DNA from: Stegostoma tigrinum | Taxonomy: Eukaryota | DNA length: 64,000 nucleotides | Direction of reading: 5' to 3' | Assembly (NCBI RefSeq): GCF_030684315.1 | Contig: NC_081399.1 | Span: forward strand, 9,224,113 to 9,288,112 | In this document: one piece after another, positions 13,725 to 26,200 of the stretch | Layout: every line of letters starts with the position of its first letter | How positions within the stretch are numbered: position 1 is the first letter of the stretch | The notes under the pieces: generated by a model | The model's database searches: none | Seen by the model: the letters and a program-made list of their open reading frames with translations, nothing else | What the model was told of the DNA's origin: nothing | Translations under genes and position numbers: made by a program

Positions 13725-14129
13725 TCAGCCTTGATCCTTATTGTTTGCAGTTCAAGCTCCAGGAGCTGAATAGCCTCCTCCTGCATCTTTGCTCTTTGTT
13801 AAAAAGTAAACATAAAAATAAAGCAATAAATTTCTCTCTTTCTGTCTGATCTAAGTATATTCAATGGCCGCATTTTCAGATTCATTTGACTTTTCTGAAC
13901 ACAGATCGAGATAATTACAGAAAGAAAGTTAGAAAGAAATGTAAAATACTCAGCAAAGGTACCTAATAAAACCTAGCACAGGCGAGATGGGTAGAGTGAT
14001 ATTTTCTTTGTTCTGTGGCTAAGGACTAATCTTGTCCTCCGTCCTTGTTCACCCAGGCTGGGTTGGCCTCACAGTACAGAACAGGCAGGGATCTGAGATT
14101 ATCCTGAATTGAATCCTGTGATGTAGGCT

Positions 14130-14201
14130 CTAGTTTCCAGGCGGCTTGATGGTATCATACACTGTGGTCGGTAACTCACAAGTGTCATTGTGTATTACAC
14201 T
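14130..14201 (-). CDS. SLAM-like gene exon 6, terminal, ITSM TVYDTI
   Basis: Strong acceptor ttttgtttttttctgcag, phase 0; SVIHNDTCELPTTVYDTIKPPGN then TAG. Confidence 0.87.
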   Translation of the reverse strand, partial: SVIHNDTCELPTTVYDTIKPPGN

Positions 14202-17200
14202 CTGCAGAAAAAAACAAAAAGTCGGGTTTGCGACAAAAGCACAGACATTCATTTTCATTCCTTTGTGGGACAAGGGCGCGGCTTACAGGGTGAGCATTTA
14301 TTGCCCCGTCCGTAATTGCCCCCCTTGAGAAGGTGATGATTGGCTGCCTTCTTGATCTGCTGCAGTCCATGTGCTATACTTAGACCCACAATGCCCTTAG
14401 GAAGGGAATTCCAGGATTTTGACCCAGCAACAGTGAAGGAACAGCGGTATATTTCCAAGCCGGAATGGTGAGCGGCTCGGAGAGGAGCTTGCAGGGGGTG
14501 GGGGTCCCATGTATCTGCTGCCCCTTGTCCTTCCGGATGGAAGTGGGTCGTGGGGTTTGGAAGGTGCTGCCTGAAGATCTTTGGTGAATTTCTGCAGAGC
14601 GTCTTGTAGATGGTACACACTGCTGCGACTGAACGTCAGTGGTGGTGGTGGGGCCGGGGGGGGGGGAGGGGGGGGGGTGCGCAGTGGGATGTTTGTGGAT
14701 GTGGTGCCCATCAAGTGGGGGCTGCTTTGTCCTGGCTGGTGTCTAACCTCTTGAGTGTTGTTGGAGCTGGCCCCATCCAGGGCAAATGGGGAGTATTCCA
14801 TCATACTCCTGACTTGAGCCTTGTAGATGGTGGGGCAGGCTTTTGTGGGGAGTCAGGAGGTGAGTTACTCACTGCAGTATCCCCATCTTCTAGTCCTATG
14901 GTTAGCCAATTCAGGCTCTGGTCAATCATATCCCTAGAGTGTTGATACTGGGCATTCAGCTTTGGTAATACCGTTGACAGACCAGTAGACCGGCTCGGGG
15001 ATAGTTGGATACAGTGGCAGTAGAGGATGGTACGTGTGTGTGTGTGTACAGTGAAATCTGAGGGTGTGTAATTGGTGAATCTACTCACTCACCCTACACT
15101 GGGGCAATGGTGTTGGGCGAGTTTGTAATAGAAATGATTCTCAGTTGCTATTGGGAGTCACACTGAATGAAACATTGCAACAGAACAGATGATATCCATC
15201 TCAACAAGATGATGCATTGTGGGTATGTATGGATGTCTATATTAGAAATTCAGGAAACTGAGTATATGGAAACCTGTGTAAGTGATCGTTTGTTATTTTG
15301 AGTACAAATACACTCCTCCATCCTCATTCCAATGTCAATGCTATTGAACATCCCTCAGTGCTATTTGCAGGGAGTCTGACCCAGTGAAAGTGAAGTAATG
15401 TTCTGTCCTCATTGGAGTAGGGAATATGTGTGCGTGCACGTGTGTGCGGGCGTGTGTCTCAAAGATTTAGGAATGGGGCTTGAAGATGATTGTATTCCTA
15501 CCACTGAAATTTATCTAGTCAAGGAAGGCAGCCATTTCCCCACTAGAAAACGGAGGATTATGCGATACGTGTAATTCTAGGGCTGGGATACAGATAGACA
15601 GAATGTCTTTGTGACGGGAGGGGTCTCAGTGAACCAGTAAACACTCAGCTTCTGGGGGTGAAATGTGTTCCCCAACTCACCAACGCACCCACCACTCCAC
15701 CTGTTTATCCATTACCATTTCATTTCCTTCTGGAGGAGGGCATTTTGCTTCATGTTTTCTAGATATCGGTTGCACTTGAGAGTAAACAGTTGATGGGTTA
15801 TCCGTAACATGCTGCATTTTTTGCTGGTTTTTTGAACCTTTGAAATGGAAAAATAGACACCAGTGAATGACATGGCATTTACTGATGGAGCCGCACCATT
15901 CGGGGCACTTGCTCACAGCCTGTCGCTCCTCCGATCACCCCCGCCAACTCTCCACCTGCACTCAGTTCCAGTCGAGTCAGTTTGCTCTGCTTTGCACTCA
16001 ATTTACTCACTGCCATCTGTAGGTTTGCCATTCCACTACAGGTGTCTTCACTTTCTTACCTCTCTATTCAGAATATAACTTGATTCGCCAGGAGAGTGAT
16101 GAGAATTATGAACCTGGGTGAACTTCAACTCTATTCACCTCCACCCACTCCTTATCTAATCTGTGTAAAGTTCCTGTGGCCAGTACAGGCCGCTACCCTT
16201 GTCTGGTATCGTACCTACTTCGGTTCCAGCCTGGTGGGAGGGACAGACGCTACTGGAGCATGGGGTCTTTCAGGGCCTGTCTGTCTGCGTGTGTGCCTGT
16301 GAATGGATCTCAGTTCCCCTGCAGAGTGAACCCTTTGGTTCAAATTGCCATCATTCCTGCCCAAACCTCAATGACCCCTTCTCCTCATTCCTGCTTTCCC
16401 AGAATTGATACTGCCGAATTCTCACTCAACCCAACATCAGAAGCCCTCATGCCATGGAAACTTGGTTTCAAAACTTGCCTTCGTCATGCAAAGATGTTTT
16501 CCACAAAGGAACTTGTCTCTTCAGAACATAGCATACAAGACAGAGAAATAGTATAACCACAATAGGTGCAACATAAGGTAAGTACGTTGAAAAGTCTGTA
16601 GGTGGAAAGAAAGTATTTCAGTTAGATCAATGCAAATTGCAAATAGGCTGCTATATGCATCTACTCAAATAGTCCTCTCTCACACGCTCACTCGGGAACC
16701 ATTGTGCAACTTCAGCCCAAGTAATTAAGTGCTGTTACTCCCTCTCCCTCACACTGTCACTCAGTAACTCCTCTCCCACCCAGTGCCCTGTGTTACTGAC
16801 TGTATCCCTACTGATGTTAATCCCTCTCCCTCACACTGTCACTCAGTAACTCCTCTCCCACCCAGTGCCCTGTGTTACTGACTGTATCCCTACTGATGTT
16901 AATCCCTCTCCCTCACACTGTCACTCAGTAACCCCTCTCCCCCCCAGCGCCCTGTTTTACTGACTGTATCCCTACTGATGTTAATCCCTCTTCCTCACAC
17001 TGTCACTCAGTAACCCCTCTCCCCCCCAGTGTCCTGTGTTACTGACTGTATCCCTGCTGATGTTAATCCCTCTCCCTCACACTGTCACTCAGTAACCCCT
17101 CTCCCCCCAAGTGCCCTGTGTTACTGACTGTATCCCTCCTGATGTTAATCCCTCTCCCTCACACTATCACTCAGTAACCCCTCTCCCCCCCAGCGCCCTG

Positions 17201-20200
17201 TGTTACTGACTGTATCCCTCCTGATGTTACTCTAGCTCTCTTACACTGTCCCTCATTGTCTCCTCTCTCTCTCCACCTCCTTTCCCCCCGTGTTAATGAT
17301 TGTATCTTGACGGATTTTCTTAATTTTATGGCCATTCTTTCTTGTGTTTGTGCTGTGTCCAAACTTAGACAATCAGACCTTAAGAAATAGGGACAGGAAT
17401 AGGCCATCTGCCTCCTCATGCCTGCTCCACTATTCAAAATGATCGCACCTAATCTGAACTGCATCACACCACATTCCTGCCTTTTCTACTTAACCCTTGA
17501 CACTCCCTTATTTTATCTGTTGCCTGTTTTTGCACAATTATACCCTTTTGCTATCAGTTGGAGACTGACTGTAATGTTGCGGTTTGAGCATTAATGTAAT
17601 AGCCTTGGATAATTTACTTACTCACTGCAATGGATCTATTTTGCACATTCAGAAATATTCCCTGCAACGCCTGCCACCTCACGTGTCTTGACCTATCATA
17701 TAACCGAATTTGTCAACTCCCTTCAGCCAGCTCTGCCTTCAGAATTTCATCCTGCTCTTAGGCCATCCTGTTCTATTGTTTAATATCATCATTTGCCAAC
17801 ACTGATACCCCTCCACCTTCTTCTAGTTTTGAGCCATTCCTAAATTTCCTGTAGGTTCCATTCCATGTTATCCTGCAGCCCAGGCTCTGTAAGGCTCATT
17901 CATTTCTGTTTATCCTCCCAGTTCATCTGTTTCTTTCAAATGGTACATGCGTTCAGGCACAGAGCCGTTACTCTGATCCTTTTAGTCTCTTTCTAAATTC
18001 TATCTGATCTGTTGGTTGACTCTTAGCTTCGCACATCATGTGTTGGCACTTCCCTAAGTGGGTGTTGAGACCCAAGCCAGGTCAGAAGATGTTTTGGGGC
18101 CGTCACCCCCTAGTAAGCAATGACAGTCATGCAGTTCTAGGCTATAATAAGTGTGCTGCATACTAACAGAGAAGCCCACACCAACACAGCATACCTCCAC
18201 CTCTCTCTCACGGTCTCTCTCCCTTCCTTTATAGTTCCCAATTGGGATTAGGGGTTTGCAACAATTTTCAATCCTCAAAATGAGGTTATGAATGGAAAAA
18301 CCTTGGGAAGCACCCCTCTATCCCTTCCTGCCACAGTCTTTTTAATATGTCCTAGAATAAATTTCCGGGCTGTTGTTATTTCAACGTACTATCTCACTCA
18401 CATGCTATCAAAGATGAAAGCAGGCTGGAGGAATAGCTCCTCACTTTACCATCAGGCCCGTTACAGCATTCACGATTCAAGATTGACTTCAACAACTTTA
18501 GCGGTGAACACTGCATTCCATTTTCTTTACTACCGTCCCCGCCATTCCCAAACATACCCCACCGTTTGGTAAAAACCATTCAAATCAAGCCCTCCCAGGA
18601 CAGGTAAAGCACAGGGAATCTCTCTCCTCTTTTAAACTGAACGTAAAGTAACAGCGAAGGGCTCTCAACATTGACCCCATCACATACTCCCACAGCAGGT
18701 ACAACACAAGGTTAGATCCAGAGTAAAGGATGCAGAGATGGGCTGAGAGGTGGCAGATGGAGTTCAACCTGGATAAATGCGAGGTGATGCATTTTGGAAG
18801 GTCGAATTTGAAAGCTGAGTACAGGATTAAGGATAGGATTCTTGGCAGCGTGGAGGAACAGAGGGATCTTGGTGTGCAGATACATAGATCCCTTAAAATG
18901 GCCACCCAAGTGGACAGGGTTGTTAAGAAAGCATATGGTGTTTTGGCTTTCATTAACAGGGGGATTGAGTTTAAGAGTCGTGAGATCTTGTTGCAGCTCT
19001 ATAAAACTTTGGTTGGACCGCACTTGGAATACTGCGTCCAGTTCTGGGCGCCCTATTACAGGAAAGATGTGGATGCTTTGGAGAGGGTTCAGAGGAGGTT
19101 TACCAGGATGCTGCCTGGACTGGAGGGCTTATCTTATGAAGAGAGGTTGACTGAGCTCGGTCTCTTTTCATTGGAGAAAAGGAGGAGGAGAGGGAACCTA
19201 ATTGAGGTATACAAGATAATGAGAGGCATAGATAGAGTTGATAGCCAGAGACTATTTCCCAGGGCAGAAATGGCTAGCACGAGGGGTCATAGTTTTAAGC
19301 TGGTTGGTGGAAAGTATAGAGGGGATGTCAGAGGTAGGTTCTTTATGCAGAGAGTTGTGAGAGCATGGAATGCGTTGCCAGCAGCAGTTGTGGAAGCAAG
19401 GTCATTGGGGTCATTTAAGAGACTGCTGGACATGTATATGGTCACAGAAATTTGAGGGTGCATACATGAGGATCAATGGTCGGCACAACATTGTGGGCTG
19501 AAGGGCCTGTTCTATGCTGTACTGTTCTATGTTCTATGTTCTATGTTCTAAAGCTACTTCCAGTTTCTTTAAAGGAACGTAAAGCTCGCTCTACACTGCC
19601 CCCATGAAACACTTCTAAGACATGGACAGCACAGGGAACGATACAGAGTAAGACTGGCTTCACTCTCTTAAAATGGAAGTGAACAGAAAGTGAAGCTCTC
19701 TCCACGCCATCCCCAGCAAACACTCGCAGTGTAGATGCAGCAGAGGGGCAGATAGAGAGTGAAGTTCTGTCTACCATTTTAAGCTGAAACTAAACTGATA
19801 GTGAAGCTCTCTCGACTCTGTCGACACTCGATGAGCAGAGGGATCTCGGTGTCTATGTGCATAGATCCCTGAAAGTTGCCAACCAGGTTGATAGTGTTGT
19901 TAAGAAGGCATAAAGTGTGTTAGGTTTTATTGGGAGAGGGATTGAGTTTCAGAGCCATGAGGTCATGTTGCAGCTGTACAAAACTCTGGTGCGGCCACAC
20001 TTAGAGTATTGCATTCTGTTCTGGTCGCTGCATTATAAGAAGACTGTGGAAGCTTTGGAAAGGGTGCAGAGGAGATTTACTAGGATGTTGCCTGGTATGG
20101 AGGGAAGGTCTTGCTAGGAAAGGCTGAGGGCCTTGAGGCTGTTTTCGTTAGAGAGAGGAAGGTTAAGAGGTGACTTAATACAGACATACAAGATGATCAG

Positions 20201-23200
20201 AGGATTAGATAGGGTGGACAGTGAGAGCCTTTTTCCTCGGATGGTGATGGCTAGCATGAGGGGATATAGCTTTAAATTGAGGCGTGAAAGATATAGGACA
20301 GATGTCAGAGGCAGATTCTTTACTCAGAGAGTAGTAAGGGCGTGGAATGCCCTGCCTGCAATGGTCGTAGATTCGACAACTTTAAGGGCATTTAAATAGT
20401 TATTGGATAAACATATGGATGATAATGGAATAGTGTAGGTTAAATGGGCTTCAGATTGGTTTCACAGGTCGGTGCAACATCGAGGGCCGAAAGGCCTGTA
20501 CTGCGCTGTAATGTTCTATGCTCCATGTTCTAAAGCACTCTCTACACTATCCCCCATCACATACTCCCAGGACAGGGACAGCAAGGGGTGAGATACAGAA
20601 TAAAGCTCCCTCTACACTGCCCCAATCAAACGCTTCCAGAGCAGGAACAGCACAAGGTTAGATACTGAGTGAAGCCCTCTCTACTCTTTTGACCTGGAAG
20701 TAAGGGCGGCACGGTGGCTCTGTGGTTAGCACTGCAGCCTCACAGCACCAGGGACTCAGGTTCGATTCCAGCCTTGGGTAACTATGTGTTTGGAGTTTGC
20801 ACATTCTCCCCGTGTCTGCGTGGGTTTCCTCCGGGTGCTCCGGTTTCCTCCCACAGTCCAAAGATGTGCAGGCTTGGTGGATCGGCCATGCTAAATTGCC
20901 CCTAGTGTTCAGGGGTGTGTGGGTTATAGGGGGATGGGTCTGGGTGGGATGCTGCAAGGGGCGGTGTGGACGTGTGGGCCGAAGGGCCTGTTTCCACACT
21001 GTAGGGAATCTAATCTAACACTCCCTCTACAATGTCCCCACGAAACACTTCCAGCACAGGGACAGCATGGGATTACATACAGAGTAAAGCTCTCTCTAAA
21101 CTGTCCCCCATCAAACACTCCCAGCACAGGGACAGGATGGAGTAGGATCCAGAGTAAAGCTCCCTCTACAATGTCCCCTATCAAACACTCCCAGGACAGG
21201 GACAGCATGGGGGTCAGATACAGAGTAAAGCTTTCTCTACACTGTCCCAATTAAGCACTGCTAGGACAGGGACAGATGGGTTAGATACAGAGTGAAGTTC
21301 TCTCTACACTGGCCCCACCAAACACTCCCAGGACAGGGACAGCACGAGATTAGATACAGAGTAAAGCTCCCTCTACACTGTCCCCCAGTAAACACTCCCA
21401 GGACAAACTTTATGCCTGAATGCAGTAGCTTATTGCTTTCTGTGACACTCACCAGATACACTTCCCTTACAGACATCTTCCAGTTTGATCTCTGCCGTTT
21501 TGTGACTGACTGGATTGCTGGCCTCACATCTCACAGCTCTCTCATTGGGCTCTGCTGTGAACAAAAGCTGCGAACTCTCTCCATTTTCAAAGACACGATG
21601 GGTGAGCTCATTTCCCAATGCTTCCTGTCCCCTCCACCAGGTGAAGCTGACGTTACTGCCTGCGTTCACGGAGCACCTCAGCGTCACATTGCAGTTAGTA
21701 ATGTTTCCAATGTTGACGTTTGTTCCTGTCACAGCCTCTGAAATTCAGTTTGAAAAGCAAAAACACATGAGGAAGCGCTGGAAACCCTTGTTTGTAACTC
21801 AATTCCTAGCACAATCCCCCCACTTCAAACCGACACCAGGGAAAGTTTCATTCCTGCTCATTTCTCCATCAGACACATTGACACTTTCCCTCATACATTA
21901 AGTTCAAACAAGTCACAGGTATCATTATGAGTAAATTCATGCGCAAAGGGTGAATGAGTGTGTGACTATGAGCAACATAAATTATGGCACCATCACTTAC
22001 ACAGAAATTACTTCACCAGCAATATCAGCATTTCTTAAAGAAATTAATTTCAATCTGGTGAGTTGTGAGGTGCTGATAGCTGAGCAAAGGGATCTCAAGG
22101 TGCACATGAACCACCTCTAACTGTACTCATGCAGGTTGGTAAAGCTGTGATTTTGTCAATAGTTACACCTCACTGAGCTATCACGTTGGAAATCACACCC
22201 CACTACTCCCAGGGGCATCATAAGATGTTAAAGATTTTTCTTTAAAAGTTCACAAAATCCTCAATTTACCTGTTTTTTGGACCACATGGATAAAAATCAC
22301 AGATCATGTTGCTTTACTTAACAGCAGTTATAATATTTATCCGTAAATTGTTTCCAACTGCAGATATACAATTAGGAACTACATACATATAACTCTACAA
22401 CATCAAATTCTAACTCCCACTCACAAACTCCACCTCTGTTTACATGCACAGACAGGCGTAAAATAGCGTGGTGGTTATGGGTGATGGTGAAGACTGGAAC
22501 AGCAGTTCAATAGTTTTTGTTTTGTCGGATTTGATTCTTTCGTTGTCTCCTTGGTTCTCCTCCTCTAGTAACTTTCTCTTCTGTGCAGGAGGTACAATGT
22601 GACAGGTTCACACTTATGAAGTCTCTGACATATTGGTTAAAAAATTCACAAGTTACAGCACGTGGCTTTCTTCAGGCTTGGGGTAGTTATTACGACAGAG
22701 AAAAGGGACAGCTCCTTCTCTCTTAGAGATCACAAGACCTCTCCTGAAACTTTCATATCCATAACCTGTTCAGCTAAATGAGAGCCAATCACATCGTTGT
22801 CAGCAGGCAGGAGGCCTTTACCATCAATAACTTGCCACCATGCCACTTCACCGACCATGCGTCTACTTGTTGCTGATTAAATCTTCATCTGCACACAGCC
22901 TGTGTGTAACTAGACATCCCCCCACTGCCTGAACAAGCAGCAGTATAAGCAGTACTAACAATGGGTGCCAGGTAAATTGTCTTAGAAAATGCAGCAATCC
23001 TTCAACAATCCTTGGTTCTTAAAATAGGCCTTTTTTCACATTTCAGTCTAGAATTAAAAACAGAGAAATAAAAAGATATGGTCTCTTCACAACTTACCGC
23101 ACTGAAATCCACTTCAGCAATAGAGAGAATTGAAAAGCAGAGAAGCTCTGGTCTCCATTTCCCTCAGTAAGGCCACACTTGGAGCATGAAGCAACTCTAA

Positions 23201-26200
23201 GGAGCTCCACATCTTTCAATTAGGCTACAGTGGAGCATTGTACACAGTTTTGGCCTCTATGTTCTTCAGTCAGACTACACTTGAAGCATTGTACACAGTT
23301 TTGGCCTCTATGTTCTTCAGTCAGACTACACTTGAAGCATTGTACACAGTTTTGGCGTCTATGTTCTTCAGTCAGACTACACTTGAAGCATTGTACACAG
23401 TTTTGGCCTCTATGTTCTTCAGTCAGACTACACTTGAAGCATTGTACACAGTTTTGGCGTCTATGTTCTTCAGTCAGACTACACTTGAAGCATTGTACAC
23501 AGTTTTGGCCTCTATGTTCTTCAGTCAGACTACACTTGAAGCATTGTACACAGTTTTGGCGTCTATGTTCTTCAGTCAGACTACACTTGAAGCATTGTAC
23601 ACAGTTTTGGTCTCCACATCTCTCAGTTAGACCACACTTGGAGAACTGTGCATTGTTTTGGCCTCCAGTTTTGGAGAGTTCAGCTGTATGGGAAATTAGA
23701 AAGCCAAAGGTAAAGGAGAAGGTAGCATTGCAGGTTAGTGATGGGGCTGATTATGGTCAGAAAAAAGGGACAGAATGTGTGAATGTCACATTGCAATGAG
23801 GACTCGTAGAAGTGTGGTGAAATATGCTGATAGACAACGTTAAAACCTTATTGCACAAAACATTCAGAATAAGTGGATGAATTGATGCCAGTTGAGATAA
23901 ATGGATATGAACTCTTAGCCGTTATGGAAACATGGCTACAAGGAGATCAAAACTGAGGAGTTAACATTCAGGGATATTCAACCTCTCAGACAGACAGGAG
24001 GGATGAAAAGGTGGTGGGGGAGCATTACTCATAAGAGATTAAATGAGGACAATTGTTTGAGATAATTTCAGCTCGAACTACGTACAGTCCATTTAGGTGG
24101 AGAGAGAAAACAGCAAGAGAAAGAAGATGTTGCTAGGAGGAGTGTACAGACCTCCAAACAGTAGCCACTCTGCAGGATAGGCTATAAATCAACAAATAAA
24201 GGAGCCTATGAAAAGAATAAAACAATAACTATGAGAGACTTTAATCTTTATGTTGATTGGGTTAATCAAGTTGGAAAGAAATAGTAACCTACAACAAATT
24301 CATAGACAGCATTATGCACTGTTTCCTGGGGCAATATGTCATTGAGCCAATGAGGGAGCTGACTATCTTGGAGTTGGTTAATGGCTAATCAGACAGACTG
24401 AATCAATGATACCATTGCTCAATCTACATGCAGAATAAAATCTCCCATGTCCTTTCTGACACGTTTCCACTGTTTCTTCTCTCATTCTCGATCCTACTGT
24501 TTAGTAGCTATTAGTGGCCTGCACACCGCTGCCACTGATCATAGAACACAGAATTCCCACAGCATGGGAACAGACCATTGTGCCCAACATGCCCACACTG
24601 GCCCTCCAAAAGCTTTCCACCCAGAGCCATCCCCCTACCCTATCCCTGCAGCTAACACACATAACTTACACATCCTGAGCACCACAAACAATTTAACATG
24701 GCCAGTCCACCTAACTTGCTCATCATTGGCCTGTCGGAGGAAACCAGCCTGTGGGAGGAACACCCAATGGAAATGCACGCACACACAGGGAGAATGTACA
24801 AACTCCACCCTGTCAGTCACCCAAGGTTGGGATCAAACCCAGGTCCCTGACACTGTCCGGCAGCAGCGCTAACCACTGAGCCACCATGCCATTGCAGTGA
24901 TTTCTGGCATTTATCCTTTCTCCTCTTGACCCAGACCACTTCTATGTCCTTCCTTTTAAAATTAAACTCATCCCTCTTTCTTGTGCTCATTCCATCATCA
25001 ATTAGCAGGGCCACCTCTCCATCACTTCTGAGTTTTCTGTCCTTCCTAAATGCCCTTTATTCTTCATCATTCAGTTCCCCATTCATGTCCTTCACCAGCT
25101 ATTTCTGTACAAATTTGACCAGATTGTATTTATGTGTTTCTATATATGCGCTCATTTCATCGGTTTTGTTTTGAATGCTACATACATTCAAGTACAAAGC
25201 ATCTGGTTTTGGCCATTTTATTATTTTTGTCACCTCTAGTTGTTGATTTACTCTTAAATAATCATTTTGTAAGGTTTCTCACTTGCCATGTCGATGCCTC
25301 TCTCTCTTCCCTTCTTCTATTTATATGTTCCCAAATTTGATTTTTCCCTGCCACGATGCGAATTTAAATATTCTCTACTTCCATAGTTCTGGTGGTCACT
25401 AGAACAGCCATATACTTAGGTGGAGAACTGACACAACAGCACAGTTCTCACATTTCCCAGTGTTTGTACCCATGACCCAAAGAGGGAAACCACTTCTCCC
25501 AAACCAGGCTTCGAGCATTAAATTCATCTCACATGCTGAGTTTCACTCTGCCAACATACAAAGGTTCAGGAATTAATTCACAGATTATTGCCTTTGAGGT
25601 TCAGGTTCTTAATTTGGCGCATACTTCCTCACTATGACAATGCAGAATGCCCTTCTTTGTTCGCCTACATTCTTGGCATGGGCTAAGACCACGATGACCG
25701 TATCCTCCCCATCCCAATGGAAGCTGCTCTCCAGCCCTGAGCAGGTGTCTCAAACCCTGGCACTAAGCAGGCGGCACAACAATGAGGTCTCATGTTCCTG
25801 AGTCTGCCGTAGATTTACGCAGACCCTCTCTGTCTGGCTCTGTGGGACTGAGAAGCTGCTTCCTCTCTTTCTTTCTCTGTGGGTGGGGGGAGCGAGCCCC
25901 TGCCTTTGGCTGAGCCTGCCTCCTCGGAAGGTCCAGGGGAGCTTGGTCTGCAGGTGAACCCTGTCATCGTTCCCTTTCTAGCTGTTTTTTTCTGGAACTT
26001 GGAACAGTTCCGTCCGACCAGGGAGACTCAACAGTTTGAAACGTTGCCAGTCTTTTGGGTGGCTTGCTACTAGTTGTTTCTTGGTGTGAGCAGGAACTGA
26101 TGCCTTTCTGTCTGGTGTTTGGTGGACAAATTGATGGGGCTATGCCTCTCCGCCGCCTTTACGTTCATGCTCCTGGCTGCCGTGTTTGCACTGGGTCTGT

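Larger units (their letters stand above)
14020..16733 (-). repeat. Right arm of the inverted duplication (partner 4893-7604)
   Basis: Reverse complement of the left arm, roughly 99 percent identical by manual comparison, more diverged at the outer end. Confidence 0.97.

Noticed and set aside
15092-15146. Possible extra cytoplasmic exon (ag...gtgagt) with a YYKL motif in intron 5
   Set aside because: The YYKL frame is phase 1-2, incompatible with phase-0 neighbours; phase 0 hits a stop.
20704-20780. tRNA gene
   Set aside because: A/B boxes belong to a SINE head that continues into a SINE body and LINE-like tail.
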